Shown: positions 38,358-50,512 of the stretch, in pieces
How the letters are laid out: every line of letters begins with the position of its first letter
Numbering within the stretch: position 1 is the stretch's first letter
From: Psammoneis japonica
Lineage: Eukaryota
Reading direction: 5' to 3'
Length of the DNA: 64,000 bases
Assembly (NCBI GenBank): GCA_008632985.1
Contig: QPGO01000020.1
Coordinates: forward strand, 620,001 to 684,000
The notes under the pieces: model-generated
Told to the model about the DNA's origin: nothing
Seen by the model: the letters and a program-made list of their open reading frames with translations, nothing else
The model's database searches: none
Program-made: the position numbers and the translations under genes

Positions 38358-40369
38358 GGTGCAATATGTTGAAGATTTTCTTTCGGTTTTGTGGGAAATA
38401 CTACAATGAGCGTTCGGAAGAAGTTATTGCACTTGGGTTCAAGTGGGTTCACGCTTGCGGTTCACAGGGTTCACTTTTTTGTGATGAGTTCGGGTCATCA
38501 ACAGTCATTCCCGCCACGGGGCCGTGCTTATGCCCTTGAAGCCCTTTATTGTCATGACAAAAAATGGACATTTTTTGTAATGCCGTCCCGCCACGAAACA
38601 CAATACGGTACCATAAGCATAAGAGGGAGTTTCAAGTTGTTGTGGTCGAGCAGACTTGAGCCTGTCCTCTTTCTATCGACACTGTGCGGTGCCAAACTCC
38701 GGGAAGATGAAACACCACTCGTGCTTGAGAGATGTCGCATGTAGCCCCTTGAGTCAACAAGTTTGGATGCGGGCTGTGGCTGCTTACTTCACCTTTGAGC
38801 TGCAAGAGTGACACGACCATTCCTCGTCTCGGGTATAACACAGCTTCATGAAAATTATTCATGATTTCTCCAGAGATCTTCTGTCGACATGAGCACGAGC
38901 ACGGCCGCACGCAAAGAAGCTTGCAGAGTCGAAGATGCAGCAGGATCTCATTTCCTATCTAAACGCCGACAGACAAATGATGCGGACTTGACGAGTCTCT
39001 AATCTTTGTCTCACATCGGGGAGAAGCGAGATTCAATCTAGCGTGGAGCACACGGCATCTTACGCAGCTCAGTCGCTTTGTGTGTGAACGGAAGCGCAGG
39101 TGGAAAATTCAAAACTGAGAACAGATTTGGGCTGCAATGTAGGTCATTTCTCTGATTGGCCCGCCCAAGTTTCACCGGATTCTCTTGGGTACAAATTCGT
39201 GCAGATTGCCCTTCTCTCAGTCGCTTGACAAGAAAAAGAAACCTTCGCCGCTCCCCACGCGTGCCGCATTTCGGCTGTGGCAGCTTGTTTCCAATTGATT
39301 TCAAGATGTTCAAAAAGATATACTTCAGAATTTGCTTGAGCAATGAATCATAATCATATTCGCCCGGAATGTGCTTGAAGTAATCTGCAACCGTGTCTAT
39401 GAAGCATGTGGGCTGTGGAACGTTACTTGAAATGGATTGCAAGGTAGCGTATTAAAAAGATCTGCTACTGCGTTTTGTGCGTCAAGGGTAAGAAGCGTGG
39501 ATCTTGAAAAAGGAGAAACCACAAGGTGGCGTTATTGCCAACGTTGAGAAACAGCTTCAACCCGCCGTTCGGTAAGTCCTGCAACGGTTACTGAACGGGG
39601 GACTTGGAAAGTGGTGATTTGTTCTTGACTTTACCAGCCCTACTTGTATCAGATTCGCTCATTGGAAGTTACGTTTCTTGAAACGCCGGGTTGAGTTCTC
39701 AGTCCCCACAAGTCAAACAACTGAGAAAATCTGTGATCGAGTGCTTTACAAAAACACAGACGGATTCCTGTTATACAGTACTAGTATAGAAGCAAAGACG
39801 AAACGACATTCTTTTGTCCCATATACTTTGTGTACACTTGCCCTCTCTACAGATTTTTGTATTTAGTCTACTCAACAGGAGCATGCATTGTTCGTAGCAT
39901 GTTGTCTTTGGTTTTCGAATCGCTCTTTAAATTGATTGCCACACGTACACTTTGATCCTTATCTTCTGGTTGGAGCATGAACTTCAAACTAGCATTGTTT
40001 CTGGTGCAACGTTGATAGGGGTGAATCGACGCACCTAGCCTACTCCAGCACTTATGATGGTCGGTAAAATATTGATACATAGCCCTACCGGTCCCGCGGC
40101 ATTTTCTCTTTCTTTCACCTGTGCGAAAAGGCAAAGTGATAGACTTGTAGGACCTACGGTAGTTCTTAATCTCTTGCGCGCAAGGAAGTTCAAGTCGAGC
40201 ATACACCGTTTTACTATAGAATGAGAAAGTGATGCAACGGTACCAACAGTGGAGACATGAATTGGTATGTCTATTAGAAGTAAGGGGCTAGTCAACTACC
40301 TGCACCTAGTCCACAACTAGCAATCGTACGGCGCCAGATTCGAAACGGTCAGTAATGATCATGACACTC

Positions 40370-41062
40370 CTAGATTAGAGGCTTCTCGACAATTCCAATT
40401 GACAAGAAATCGTAATACACCAAGACCCGAGAAACCAAGCAAACTGCATTCCATTCAGGAGTCTTTTCGCGTTCGTTAATCTTTACAGACTCCCTCCCGT
40501 GCAGCTCAATTACAGTATCCCATGCACCTTTGTGTGCATCCTCGTCCTCTTGTGGATCAGGCAACAACTCCTCCAAAGCGGCCAACACGTCCGCGTCTCC
40601 TGGAGAACACTCTGGATCCGTCACTGCAGACACAATTCTGAAATCCTCTCTCTCCAATAGCTTTTGGATTTTGCTTCTCAACTCGTCAGTCAAAACGGGT
40701 GTTGGATTTTCCTCTTGGCCGTCCTCATTGATAAAAGTAGGACGTGGAAACTTGAGAAAGCCCTCGAGAACGAGAAATAAGACTTGATTGACATCCACAG
40801 CATCCAATTCATTGTCCAATAACTTTTGCATAAATCTCCATCGATCGAAATTGTCGTCCAAACCCAGTCGTTCGACCACGTCGGATGCCATGTGGAGTCG
40901 TCCGACAGTTTGAGTTCGGGGGAGATGAAATGTTGTTCCAAAGCTCAATGGGGATCTAGATCCAAAGTCCCGCCGGCTCAACGACGAAAACGACCAAACC
41001 GTAGACTGTAGCAACAACAGCTCGCAAAGCACCACATATCCCACTCGACGAAGTGACGGCAT
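40370..41062 (-). CDS. Hypothetical protein, probably plastid-targeted
   Basis: Intact ORF; signal peptide ending VWS-F, Ser/Arg-rich transit peptide, acidic mature domain. Confidence 0.7.
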   Translation of the reverse strand: MPSLRRVGYVVLCELLLLQSTVWSFSSLSRRDFGSRSPLSFGTTFHLPRTQTVGRLHMASDVVERLGLDDNFDRWRFMQKLLDNELDAVDVNQVLFLVLEGFLKFPRPTFINEDGQEENPTPVLTDELRSKIQKLLEREDFRIVSAVTDPECSPGDADVLAALEELLPDPQEDEDAHKGAWDTVIELHGRESVKINEREKTPEWNAVCLVSRVLVYYDFLSIGIVEKPLI

Positions 41063-41603
41063 TTTGTTGACGATACCGTCTGTTTTCGAATCGGTTGAGA
41101 AACGCACGAAATTACGCAAAAGGACTTGCTCACGCGCTAGAGATCAGCCGTCGAATTTCTACTGTATCTCTTAGACAGTCTCCGTCCTATGGATGGCGTG
41201 TGTGTGATGAAAACTCCTCGGTCTCGTTGCGGCTGTGAGCTGGTGTTATGCCATCATCATTTGCAACCTGCAACGCAAGCAACAACTCGCGGACGAAACA
41301 ATAGAAGAGCAAGCAAAACTTCCCGCCACTAACGTCCGTCTTCGTACGTCGAGGCACATCGGACTGACCACACACCGCACTGAGTCACATCGTCGTCAAG
41401 CGTCAAGCCACGCCACAATCATCAGAGCCGCCGCCGCCGCTCATCTGGCCCGTGATCTGCGTGAGAATGGGTGACCCAAGTTGGAAGTGCTTTTTTGCAT
41501 GTGTGGAGAATGCTTGCGAACCCACCGTGTGTTCTTCCTGGTGATTTCTTTTGTTCTCTCTTAATGAGGACTGGCCACCTGCAAGCTGCGAGCTTGTGTT
41601 GCT

Positions 41604-41864
41604 GGCCTGTTCCAGCTCCAGGTGCTCCGCGAGGGTTCGATTCCCATCATTTGGAAATTTGTGCATTTGGCGCAATTGACTTTTTTCCAAATCCATTTTT
41701 TGCCAAATCGAAGGGTGAGTGTACACTTTACATGCATTTTCGGGTGTACGCTCACCTTTTGATTTTCGAAACGATCAAAATTGAAGGAGTCAATTGCGCC
41801 AAACTGCGCAGAAAATCGGCCTCTCACGTGATGAAAAGCAGATCACCTGGAGCTGGAACAGGCA
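41604..41864. mobile_element. MITE family A, copy 2 (261 bp; TSD TGCT)
   Basis: Same TIRs and interior as 19278-19547; TGCT at 41600-41603 and 41865-41868. Confidence 0.9.
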
Positions 41865-44800
41865 TGCTGTTGCCCTGGCTGAAAGACTGCTCTTCGCTGC
41901 TTTTTTGTCATCTTGACAAATTGTCACCTGAAGTCAGCCCGTGTCTGTTGCACATGGCATGCCAGAGCCATGGAGTCCAGATGACATCATCTGCAGCTGC
42001 CTGCTGTTGACACCTTTTTTTAAACCAAAAGCTCAAAGAGACGCAAGCATCTGAGAATGCCCCCCTGGCACCAAGCCCTCAGCCAACAGCACGACATTTT
42101 GCAAGTCATGTTGAAATCCCCTGTGCACACAGCTGTGTGGCTGCCAAGCTTGGGGAGCACAGCTGCCGACAATGTGGACAAAATGCGCACACTTCTTCAT
42201 GCTGCACCTCTCAACAGGCCTGCCCTTTTCATCCCAGCTTGTTCAGATGATGCACACTGCAATCTTTGAAACTCATCTCATCTCATGAGTGTCTGAAAAA
42301 CAGCCTTTTGTTGCTTGACTGTGCTTTTTCACTCAGCATTGTTTGCAAAAGAGTTGGGTGAATTGGGCCTGGGTGTTTTTGCCAAAACCAAGTGTTCTTG
42401 ACCAGGTGGTGGTGGTCTGCAACTTGAATCTTAGCCTCAAATTTTCATTTTGTGTTTGGGCCTTCAATGTCAGCATCCTCAAATCCACAGCTCCGTCTGT
42501 CCTTGTCAAACCTGCAGTGTTTTTTTGCTTGTGACTGCAACCCTCGCCAGCACCTGTGCACCACCCATCCTTGTCATGCTGCCAAAGGCTGCGTGGGTGG
42601 TCAAATGAAAAGAGACAGTGCAACAGGTGAGAGATGAAAAAAGCAAAATGTGTTTGCTTGCCTGTCTCAGTGAGCCCAGTCCATTTTTGCCATGAAAGAA
42701 TGTTGCCCCTGCTCCCAGCACTTGCTCAAGCACAAAATCAGATTGCACAGCAAAGTCAGAGACCCAAAAATCAATGGATTGTGACCCTGTTGTGGTGGTG
42801 CAAGACAGTGCCAGCAGCACAGGAGATTGGTGCGGAAGTGGCCAAGAGTGTGCGGCAGAGGTGAGAAAGTGGCCAGGCTGTGAGAACCATCTTCCAGAAA
42901 GCAAAGCAAGAGCTCTCAGCGGCAATGGGAGGAACAAGAGCAGAGTGCTGTGTTTGCAGATTTTCCTGTGTGGACAATGACCCAAATCTGAAAGCAATGT
43001 TTTCACACTTTTTTGACTGATGGAGGGATGGCTGGAAAGCTCTGCCATGGCACCATTGATTTGGAGAGAGCTGGTTTGGACAAGTGAAAACAAAGAGCAA
43101 AGTTTGTTCACACAAAACTCTTGGTGTGTGGCAAAACATTGGCAAACTGCACTGACCATGCTGACATTCTCCAGAACAACAAAATTTGGCAAACTGAGTG
43201 CTTCTGCCTTCCATCTTTTGCAGCACATGATTCACGCTGGCAGCTGACAGATGCCAGCAAATGCATTGTGAGTGATGCATGCATTGTGCACCCTCGTCAT
43301 TCTGGCACTTTTCTTTGGAGTTGAAAAATGTCAAAAATGCAAAGCAAAATGAAAAATCAGCAGCACAGTGTTTGTGACACCCACAGCTGGATGCAATGAA
43401 AACTGAATTTGGTGCTTTTTGTCATTGTGAGACAACTTCCTCCCCACCAGAGCAAGAGCAATTGCCACACAGCAAAAAGCTGCTCTTTCCAAACAGCAGC
43501 TTGTGGCCATGTTTTTGTGCCAGCCTGTGTGCCTCCCAAGAGTGCAAATGCTCTCAAACACTGTGGCACACAGGGAAGTGCAAGGTGGAGGCATGCAGGA
43601 GACAGCAAGAAAGAAGTCAGAGAAGGGGCTTGCAAGTGCAAAATCATCCTGATGCCAGACAACCTGCTTTGGAGGAGAGGGGTCAAAAGCTGCACACTTG
43701 CAAAAATGGTGGACTTAGAAATGGGTCAGATCATTTGGGGAAAGAAGGAGTTGTCTTGCAGGAAGGATTTGACAAAGCACTTGTGAAAAGATTGCTTGAG
43801 GAAACTCAAAGAGAGAGCACAGATGATGTCAAATGTTTGGAGGGAAAAGATGCTCTTGTGTGACACGTGAGCTTTGATTTGTTTTTCTCATGACATGTGC
43901 ATTTGAGCTCCTGGCCCCAAGTCTTGCTTGCAGTCTTGCAAACACACCACAGCCAGATTTGAAAAAGAGGAGCTTGCCAACCATGCACAACAAATGTGGG
44001 TTGTTGGGTCTGCAATGACAGCCCAAGGAAGTGCTCACTCTTTTTTAGCCAGCTGGCTGGCAGGGCTGCAAGTCACAAAGTCCAAATGTGCATGTTGCAC
44101 AAGCTGCTGTGCTGCTCAGCTTGCTGGGACAAGCCTGCATTGCAAGAAGGATTGTGCACTTTGCTGGCTGTTAAAGTCACAGCACCAAGTGAACAAAGAC
44201 CAAGCCCTGCAGGAGGACAAACTTGGAGTGAAGTCAGTGGCTTGTGGACAAAGCAGGCAGCTCACTTGCACACATGCATGAAGCAAGTGTGCAAAAACAC
44301 CAGCCCATGAGACCCAGCACACTCTGCAGCAGAGCAAGCAAGCTCAGAAACAGCCTTGCAGCTGCTTGTTGTTGGCAGCAACCCTCTCTTTGTAGCTGCC
44401 TTTGTGCTGCTTCTGTCGCACCACCTGGCACACAAGGCACAGAGCACAAAGCACAGCCACACTCTGATGCTTTTTGAGCAAGTCTGGCACAGAAGTTGGT
44501 GCTCAGTTGGTGTGTTGCCTGCTGTGCCAAGTGGAAATGTGCCCTGGACAGAAAACAGATGAAGTGTGTTTAACTGGACAACACACAAAAGAGCTCCAAG
44601 CAAAAAGAGCACCAACAAGCCACAGTGCATTTGGCCCTCATTGAAGAGGAGGAGCAAAAGAAATCAAACATGGGGGCCAGTGTGATGCAGATCCTGCAAG
44701 AGTGGTGGTCTGTGAAATTGGTGGTGGTGGCACATTGCATGAGCCAAAGATGGTGCTCTGATGGACATGCACAGCATGTGGCAGATCACGCCATCAGTGG

Positions 44801-45625
44801 TGAAATGACATCTTCCCTTTTTGTTGGGGAGTGCCCAGCACATGAAGTGTCGACACAACTGGCAGATGCCAGCCAGCAGCAGCAAATGTCCTGCAGCTGT
44901 GGTGCAGGCCTTGTGAAAGAGTGAAGGTGTGCACCATGGCACAAATTTGCTGCATGAGCCCAGCCCACACAGCTGCTCACAACTCTTGCACAGAGAAGCT
45001 CAAGCACACACTCATGCAACCAAGAATCATTTCACAGCAGAAAAGCACCCTGGCTGCCTTCTTCCTTTGCTGGGTGGAAACTTGTGGTGCTGGGTTGTGA
45101 CAGAGTTTGTTCTTTGTCACATGCTGCACAAAAGACACACCCATTTCTGCATGACACTGGATTTGGTTTGCACTGAAAAAGTTTTGGGTCATGAAAACTT
45201 TTGACATTTTTTGCATTTTTGAGTGTCTGTGCTGGAATGATGCAACCTCGTCCATTTCCAAAATTTCAAGTGGCAAGAAGAGGCACAACGGTGCTGCAAA
45301 AAGGCGGTTGCTTCTTTTTTACATTGAGGGCAAATGTGCACTGCCCAATGATTTTGCTGCAAAGCCCGCCACACACACAGAATTCTGTGGGCCCAATGTC
45401 GCAGGGCACCCCAGCCACATTTTGCTGAAATGCATGTTGGCAGCAGGCAGAGGTGTGTGCCAACTTAGAAGCAGCTTTGCAGCTGTTGTCAACCTGCTTT
45501 TGTTCATCTCCAACAAACTTGGCACATGAAGCATGATCCTTTGTCACAGAGGTTGAGAGCTCGGTGCCTGCGCCAGAAGCAGCACACAAAAACAACTCTC
45601 TTGCAGACAAAGAGGCAGCAGAGAG

Positions 45626-45629
<4 letters not shown>

Positions 45630-45666
<37 letters not shown>

Positions 45667-45672
45667 AGAGAG
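45630..45672 (+). repeat. (GA)n microsatellite
   Basis: Directly visible. Confidence 0.95.
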
Positions 45673-46376
45673 CTCTTGCTGTGCTGCCAATGGCAGGGGA
45701 GGAGGGAGACCATGGCAAAAACTGTTGGCTCTTTCCTTGTGTGTCAAGGCCAGGGCAGCTGCTGGGCACAAAAGAAAGCTGCTGGCAACTGAAGCTAACA
45801 CAAAAATGCCAGCAGCTCACTGGCTGCAACTCCATGAACTCAACTTCAAAAAAATGCACACTGAACATTGCATTGCCCGCCCTGTGTGCGTGGTGGTTTA
45901 GTCCATGTTGTTTGAGAGAGTCGTCCGTCGTCACACATCTCCACACCTCTTGCTCTGTGCGGGCGGCCGGAGGTGTTGCACAGAAAATGCTCCAGCATAT
46001 ATGAAATTTAAATTTTAATGAAAGTATTAAAGCTTGAATATCGTCAATATTTTGATATCAAATATCTCGTGTTCATGAATTTAAAGTTAACATTAATTTT
46101 TGGAATGATGGATCCGCATCGTCCATCGTTGTGGCGTTTGTCACAAAGACAGAAAATATACCGGTACACTATGTATAGTAAGCTTGCTCATGCTGATGCC
46201 GCCCGTGAAAGAGTGAATATACTGCGGCTTTGTTTTCCTTTTACCGGTACACCTTCTTGGCATTTTCTCCTCATCATTATCTAGAACCCAACGCCACACC
46301 GAATCATCACACCGGTGCAAGCATGTCAGAGTTTCATCATAGATGGTATTTATGTTCTAGAGTATAATCATTCAAA

Positions 46377-47606
46377 ATGTCCCGACGAGTCAGCACGCGA
46401 TTGGTTGTGTTAACCGTGTTGGTGGTGATCGCGACACGTACAAACCTCATGTGGGGCCTCCATTCGAGAATATTGTTCGAAAGAGCGTCGTCGGAAGTAG
46501 ATCTTGGTGCCAACAGCGAGGCCATCAAGTCCTCGCACCAAGTATACGCAAGGCCGACTGTTGCCAAAGCAACGAACGCTGGTTGGCTGCAATCCTACTC
46601 TGACCAGGCGGCTACGGAAGCGGTGACACCTATTTGGAATTGTCACGATACAACAGAGGCTCGTCAACAACAAAAGTTTGTATTTGTTCACGTATTCAAG
46701 ACTGCTGGATCGTCAATGCGTCAGTGGCTGCGAGATTATGCTTTTAAGTACGGTTTTGGCTACAGCACCATTGTGTCCTGTACCAACGTGGAGCCCAACA
46801 CGATGATACGGCACAGTCAGAACGGTAAAGCCTCGCTAGATCAACGTTGGGACCCATGCCGCATGAAAGATCACATTGGTCGAAACAGCGGTCACGTTTC
46901 TTTAAAAGCGACGCATCAGTTTGTCCACAACTCGTACCTTGAAACGGAGGTTGATATCTTGGCTGGTCATTTCCGAATTGGCAGCTTCAATCAACTACGA
47001 ACTCCAAGCAACGCCAGTTTCCAAATCAAGTATTTCAGCTTTTTCCGCAGCGCCATTATGAAGTTTATTAGTTCGAAACTGTACATCAAAATGAGGCATT
47101 CCAACGTCACGGTCGCCGAAGTGATAAAAGATATCTGCACGCAAGCTACCAACGGGGTAAAAAATGGCAAGTACTATTCGAAATACAGTGAATACCTATT
47201 GACACCGAGCCAAAGGCGAATGTACCGATTAGATTCAAAGCAGAACGAAGCGCTTCTCCGAAATGCAACTCAGGTAATGATGGGCAACTTGGTGGAGCAC
47301 AATGTCTTGATTGGAATTGTGGAACGCATGGATGCAAGTATGGAACTGTTGCATCATGTTCTCGGTGTCGACCCAAAACCCAAACCGCAAAAAGAGCAAA
47401 TGATTAGTACACCCTTGAACCATAAGAATCCTTCAAAAATTCCCTCCCATGATCTGCTTCAAACCATTAAAGACCAACACACCGATTGCTACGCAACTCT
47501 TGTGGAGTTTATGAAGTATGAACAAGCCATCACTGACTTTGCCATGAAGATGCACGTGAAACAGTATGCGGCATTCTTTAAAAAAGAAAGAGGAGAGAAC
47601 AGCTGA
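46377..47606 (+). CDS. Type II membrane sulfotransferase-like protein
   Basis: 409-aa intact ORF; N-terminal TM; FVHVFKTAGSS (5'-PSB loop), LAGHF, FFRSAIMKFISS (3'-PB-like), IGIVERMDASMELL. Confidence 0.8.
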   Translation: MSRRVSTRLVVLTVLVVIATRTNLMWGLHSRILFERASSEVDLGANSEAIKSSHQVYARPTVAKATNAGWLQSYSDQAATEAVTPIWNCHDTTEARQQQKFVFVHVFKTAGSSMRQWLRDYAFKYGFGYSTIVSCTNVEPNTMIRHSQNGKASLDQRWDPCRMKDHIGRNSGHVSLKATHQFVHNSYLETEVDILAGHFRIGSFNQLRTPSNASFQIKYFSFFRSAIMKFISSKLYIKMRHSNVTVAEVIKDICTQATNGVKNGKYYSKYSEYLLTPSQRRMYRLDSKQNEALLRNATQVMMGNLVEHNVLIGIVERMDASMELLHHVLGVDPKPKPQKEQMISTPLNHKNPSKIPSHDLLQTIKDQHTDCYATLVEFMKYEQAITDFAMKMHVKQYAAFFKKERGENS

Positions 47607-48079
47607 GCTAATAGTGCAGTTCAAACTTTTAGACGAGAAGCTATTTTGTTTCTCAGAGTGCGTCCCAACCATGATTTTGAGGTTTAGTTGTCTCTTTATG
47701 CAGTACCAGTAGCCTACCAGGTAGATTCCCGGAAGTACAACAATTGTTGCAGTCACCTTCACAAAACTAGTATCTGGACTAACGCGGCCATGGTAGCCTG
47801 GCAAATTCGAATGTTGAATCTCAAAGATCTGATTTCTTGCAGCTAGGGCCCTAGAAGTACCAAAGTTGTATAGTGTTTCCATTACATTGACACCGACAAG
47901 AAGAACTCGTGCCGTTGACAGCCTGGGGGATATACGTTTGTGGCAGCTTCTAATCAGCAGAGAAAACGAAAGATTCATTGTAATAGAAAACTAGGCAAAT
48001 TGCAGCTATGAAACACGTAGTATGTAGATCTTTGTCCGGGCATCACGTCATCGAAAGAGTTGAGCGGGTAGTTACGCAC

Positions 48080-48781
48080 TTAGTGGAGCGAGAACGTCAT
48101 GATGACGGCCCAACCAACAGCAGCAAACCAAACATTCCTAGAATGAGTGCTTCCGGCACTGTCTTCAGGCAACATGAGCTCATCACACGTCGTGGCTCCT
48201 GCTGCGCCCACCTTGGTCACGTTCATCAAGGGAGGAGTGCTGTTGTCGCCATCGACCATTTTCCCAACCACCACGGCACGCAAACCCTTGTCCGTATCAC
48301 CGACGCACCCGGCGCAGCCCGAACCAACCTCGAGACCGAGATTGATGATCATAGTATTTCCAGCCTGATCCAATTTGGCAACACGAGTGTAGTTCCCACC
48401 TTCTGTCTCGGGGTCGCCAAGAACTTCGTAACCGGACGCACGGCAATAGGGTGGATTCAGCATGCCTACAGTATGACGTGTGTTTAGGGCGGTGCCACAA
48501 AACAACGCATGAGAATTCGTTAGAAAAGAATGAAAATAATGAAAAGGGTAGTCTCCTCCATTGCACTTACAAATAAAGCTGTGCGTTTCCGGATTCTTGA
48601 GAGGAACGGCTTCTGCATCATCTTCGAAAAAGCCTTGTTCGATGCAGTAGGTATCAAGAACGTAGCCTTCAAAGCAGACTTCGCCTCCGTCAAGCTGACG
48701 AGCATGAACAGTAGGCACCACGACAGAACTGCCAACAATGGCAAGATTAGCAACAACGAAGAGAGAGCGAAAGAGCATCAT
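48080..48781 (-). CDS. Secreted, possibly GPI-anchored Cys-containing protein; in-frame 105-bp intron at 48570-48466
   Basis: Signal peptide; VCFEGYVLDTYCI..NPETHS..C..SGYEVL..LDQAGN; hydrophobic C-terminal tail; GTAAGT..TAG intron. Confidence 0.7.
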   Translation of the reverse strand: MMLFRSLFVVANLAIVGSSVVVPTVHARQLDGGEVCFEGYVLDTYCIEQGFFEDDAEAVPLKNPETHSFICKCNGGDYPFHYFHSFLTNSHALFCGTALNTRHTVGMLNPPYCRASGYEVLGDPETEGGNYTRVAKLDQAGNTMIINLGLEVGSGCAGCVGDTDKGLRAVVVGKMVDGDNSTPPLMNVTKVGAAGATTCDELMLPEDSAGSTHSRNVWFAAVGWAVIMTFSLH

Positions 48782-49453
48782 GGTGGTAAGGATATGGTGT
48801 GCAGATGGTGTGTTGAAGGCATGCGTCAGTGTGTGTTGCGGCAACCGCCTTGTGTATCTCGCAGCGTCAGTTCTGCGGTATCCTGTTGTCCATCATCAAG
48901 AGGCGTTTCATTGCAGGGCTGTGGGTAATCGACGCTACGAATAAGCCAGAGAACAACCGTGTCAACATCACCGTTGTATGTCCATTGTCCATAAAGTGCG
49001 AAAAAATGCTCAAGCACTTTTCTTTGCCGTTTTCGCTTTTGCCTGTCGTGTGCACATGGCTGGATGGACGTACAGTAGAGTGTTCTTACCGACCCGTAGG
49101 GGACCCTTTTTTCCGGGTCTCTTTTTGTATGACGTCATCGTGCGAATATAATAGCGCCACCTGACGTCACCGCACCTGTAAGTCGCCATGAGAACCCGTA
49201 GAAAACGCCATGTCTTACAGCTACAGGGGGGAAACATAACCTGCTGTATCTGTAAGCGGAATGATTTCCGCTCGTACAAATTCTACGTGATTTCCCCGTG
49301 CACCGTCGCTTGCGGGTCGAATCAGAACTCCGAAGAAATGATGTGTGAGAAGCAAATCCCGTGACACCTCTCTCGCGACAAAAAACACACATCAACGCAT
49401 TCTCACGATGCTCTAGTCATAACAAGTCATAGCATCCATGCAACACATCTGTC

Positions 49454-50512
49454 ATGCCTGGTGGACAGCCACAGAGTCACAAGTTGTCATGGGCATTGAA
49501 AGAGTTGAAAAAGAAGGAGAGATCTGGTGGCTCCGGTGGCGCTGACGGGGAAAAAAATGCGAGCGGTGCTGGTGGCATTTCTGCGCTCGATGTTGACAGG
49601 CCAGCCCCGCATTTGACCATGGATGGAAAAGAATCAACTCTTGTGGAAATGACAAATCTCCCAATCGATCTTACGGAGGATGAAAAAGTTGACATCATCA
49701 ACAAGGAGAAGGGAGTCACGAAAAAGCCGAAGCTTCCAAACTTGCTGGCTCCTGAGAACGAGGCCTTGTTGCGTGATCTGCTGCAAATCACACAAGCAGC
49801 AAAGGCAAATTGGCATGTCAAGCACATGTCCAAAAATGCAACCACATCTTCAATCTGGCAGCCAATCATGGACGAGTTCTGTGACCCACCTGACGGCCCT
49901 GCACGTGGCTGCGCCAAGCCAGATGGTGAGCATGCGGCGCGCACCTTCAAAGAAAAGTGCTGGAGTGTCATGAAATCATTGGCGAATTTTGCCAAACAGA
50001 AGAAGGAAGAGGATTGCTCCCCGTGTGAGGTGTCTGCATTGTTCATGTGGAACGAGCAGCAGGAACTGGTCAACAAAGACAAAGAGACCAAGTCGGAAGC
50101 AATGGCCTTGCAGAAGGAGAGGGCAGCTGCAAATGCTTCATGTGAAGCAAAACTAAAGCTTGAGCCCCCACCTCCATTCACAAAGAAGCGCCCAGTCCCA
50201 AGTGCAGCTGTCAATCCATCTGAGAGGCCTGATGGAAAAGTGCCGGGGGAGCCGAGGTCAAAGGACCGTGTGCTGGATTTGGAAAAAACTCAAGACAAGG
50301 CAGACGAAGTCTTGAGTGGCATTAAAGCTTTTTTGCCATCCAAGGAAGAGATTGGAGAACTCAACAAGCGCAAGAAGAGGAAGCTTCAGCTTGATGCAAT
50401 GGCGTCTGTGGCAACAATGATCACGCAGGGCAGGGATGCGGGTCTCGACGTTTCAAGGTTTGAAAAGCATTTCAAGCACCTGCAAGACGAGTTCTTCGAA
50501 GACCAAGCTTGA
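49454..50512 (+). CDS. Harbinger accessory ORF (putative Myb/SANT-like DNA-binding partner), Tyr-free, probably inactivated
   Basis: 352-aa ORF inside the TIRs, convergent with the transposase; 0 Tyr. Myb/SANT identity is inferred from position only. Confidence 0.6.
   Translation: MPGGQPQSHKLSWALKELKKKERSGGSGGADGEKNASGAGGISALDVDRPAPHLTMDGKESTLVEMTNLPIDLTEDEKVDIINKEKGVTKKPKLPNLLAPENEALLRDLLQITQAAKANWHVKHMSKNATTSSIWQPIMDEFCDPPDGPARGCAKPDGEHAARTFKEKCWSVMKSLANFAKQKKEEDCSPCEVSALFMWNEQQELVNKDKETKSEAMALQKERAAANASCEAKLKLEPPPPFTKKRPVPSAAVNPSERPDGKVPGEPRSKDRVLDLEKTQDKADEVLSGIKAFLPSKEEIGELNKRKKRKLQLDAMASVATMITQGRDAGLDVSRFEKHFKHLQDEFFEDQA

Larger units (their letters stand above)
41190..45995. other. 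Hypermutated tract 2 (TpA- and CpG-depleted)
   Basis: About a dozen TA by eye between 41870 and 45990, mostly TTAG/TTAA/CTAA. Ends abruptly at an AT-rich, TA-rich segment at ~45996. Confidence 0.9.

Noticed and set aside
39038..40295. Short ORFs of 86-134 aa
   Set aside because: No recognisable motif or splice pattern; cannot be supported as genes.
49477..50214. 245-aa antisense ORF (likewise 13163-13606, 47433-47978, 59372-60214)
   Set aside because: Shadow frames of ORFs on the opposite strand.
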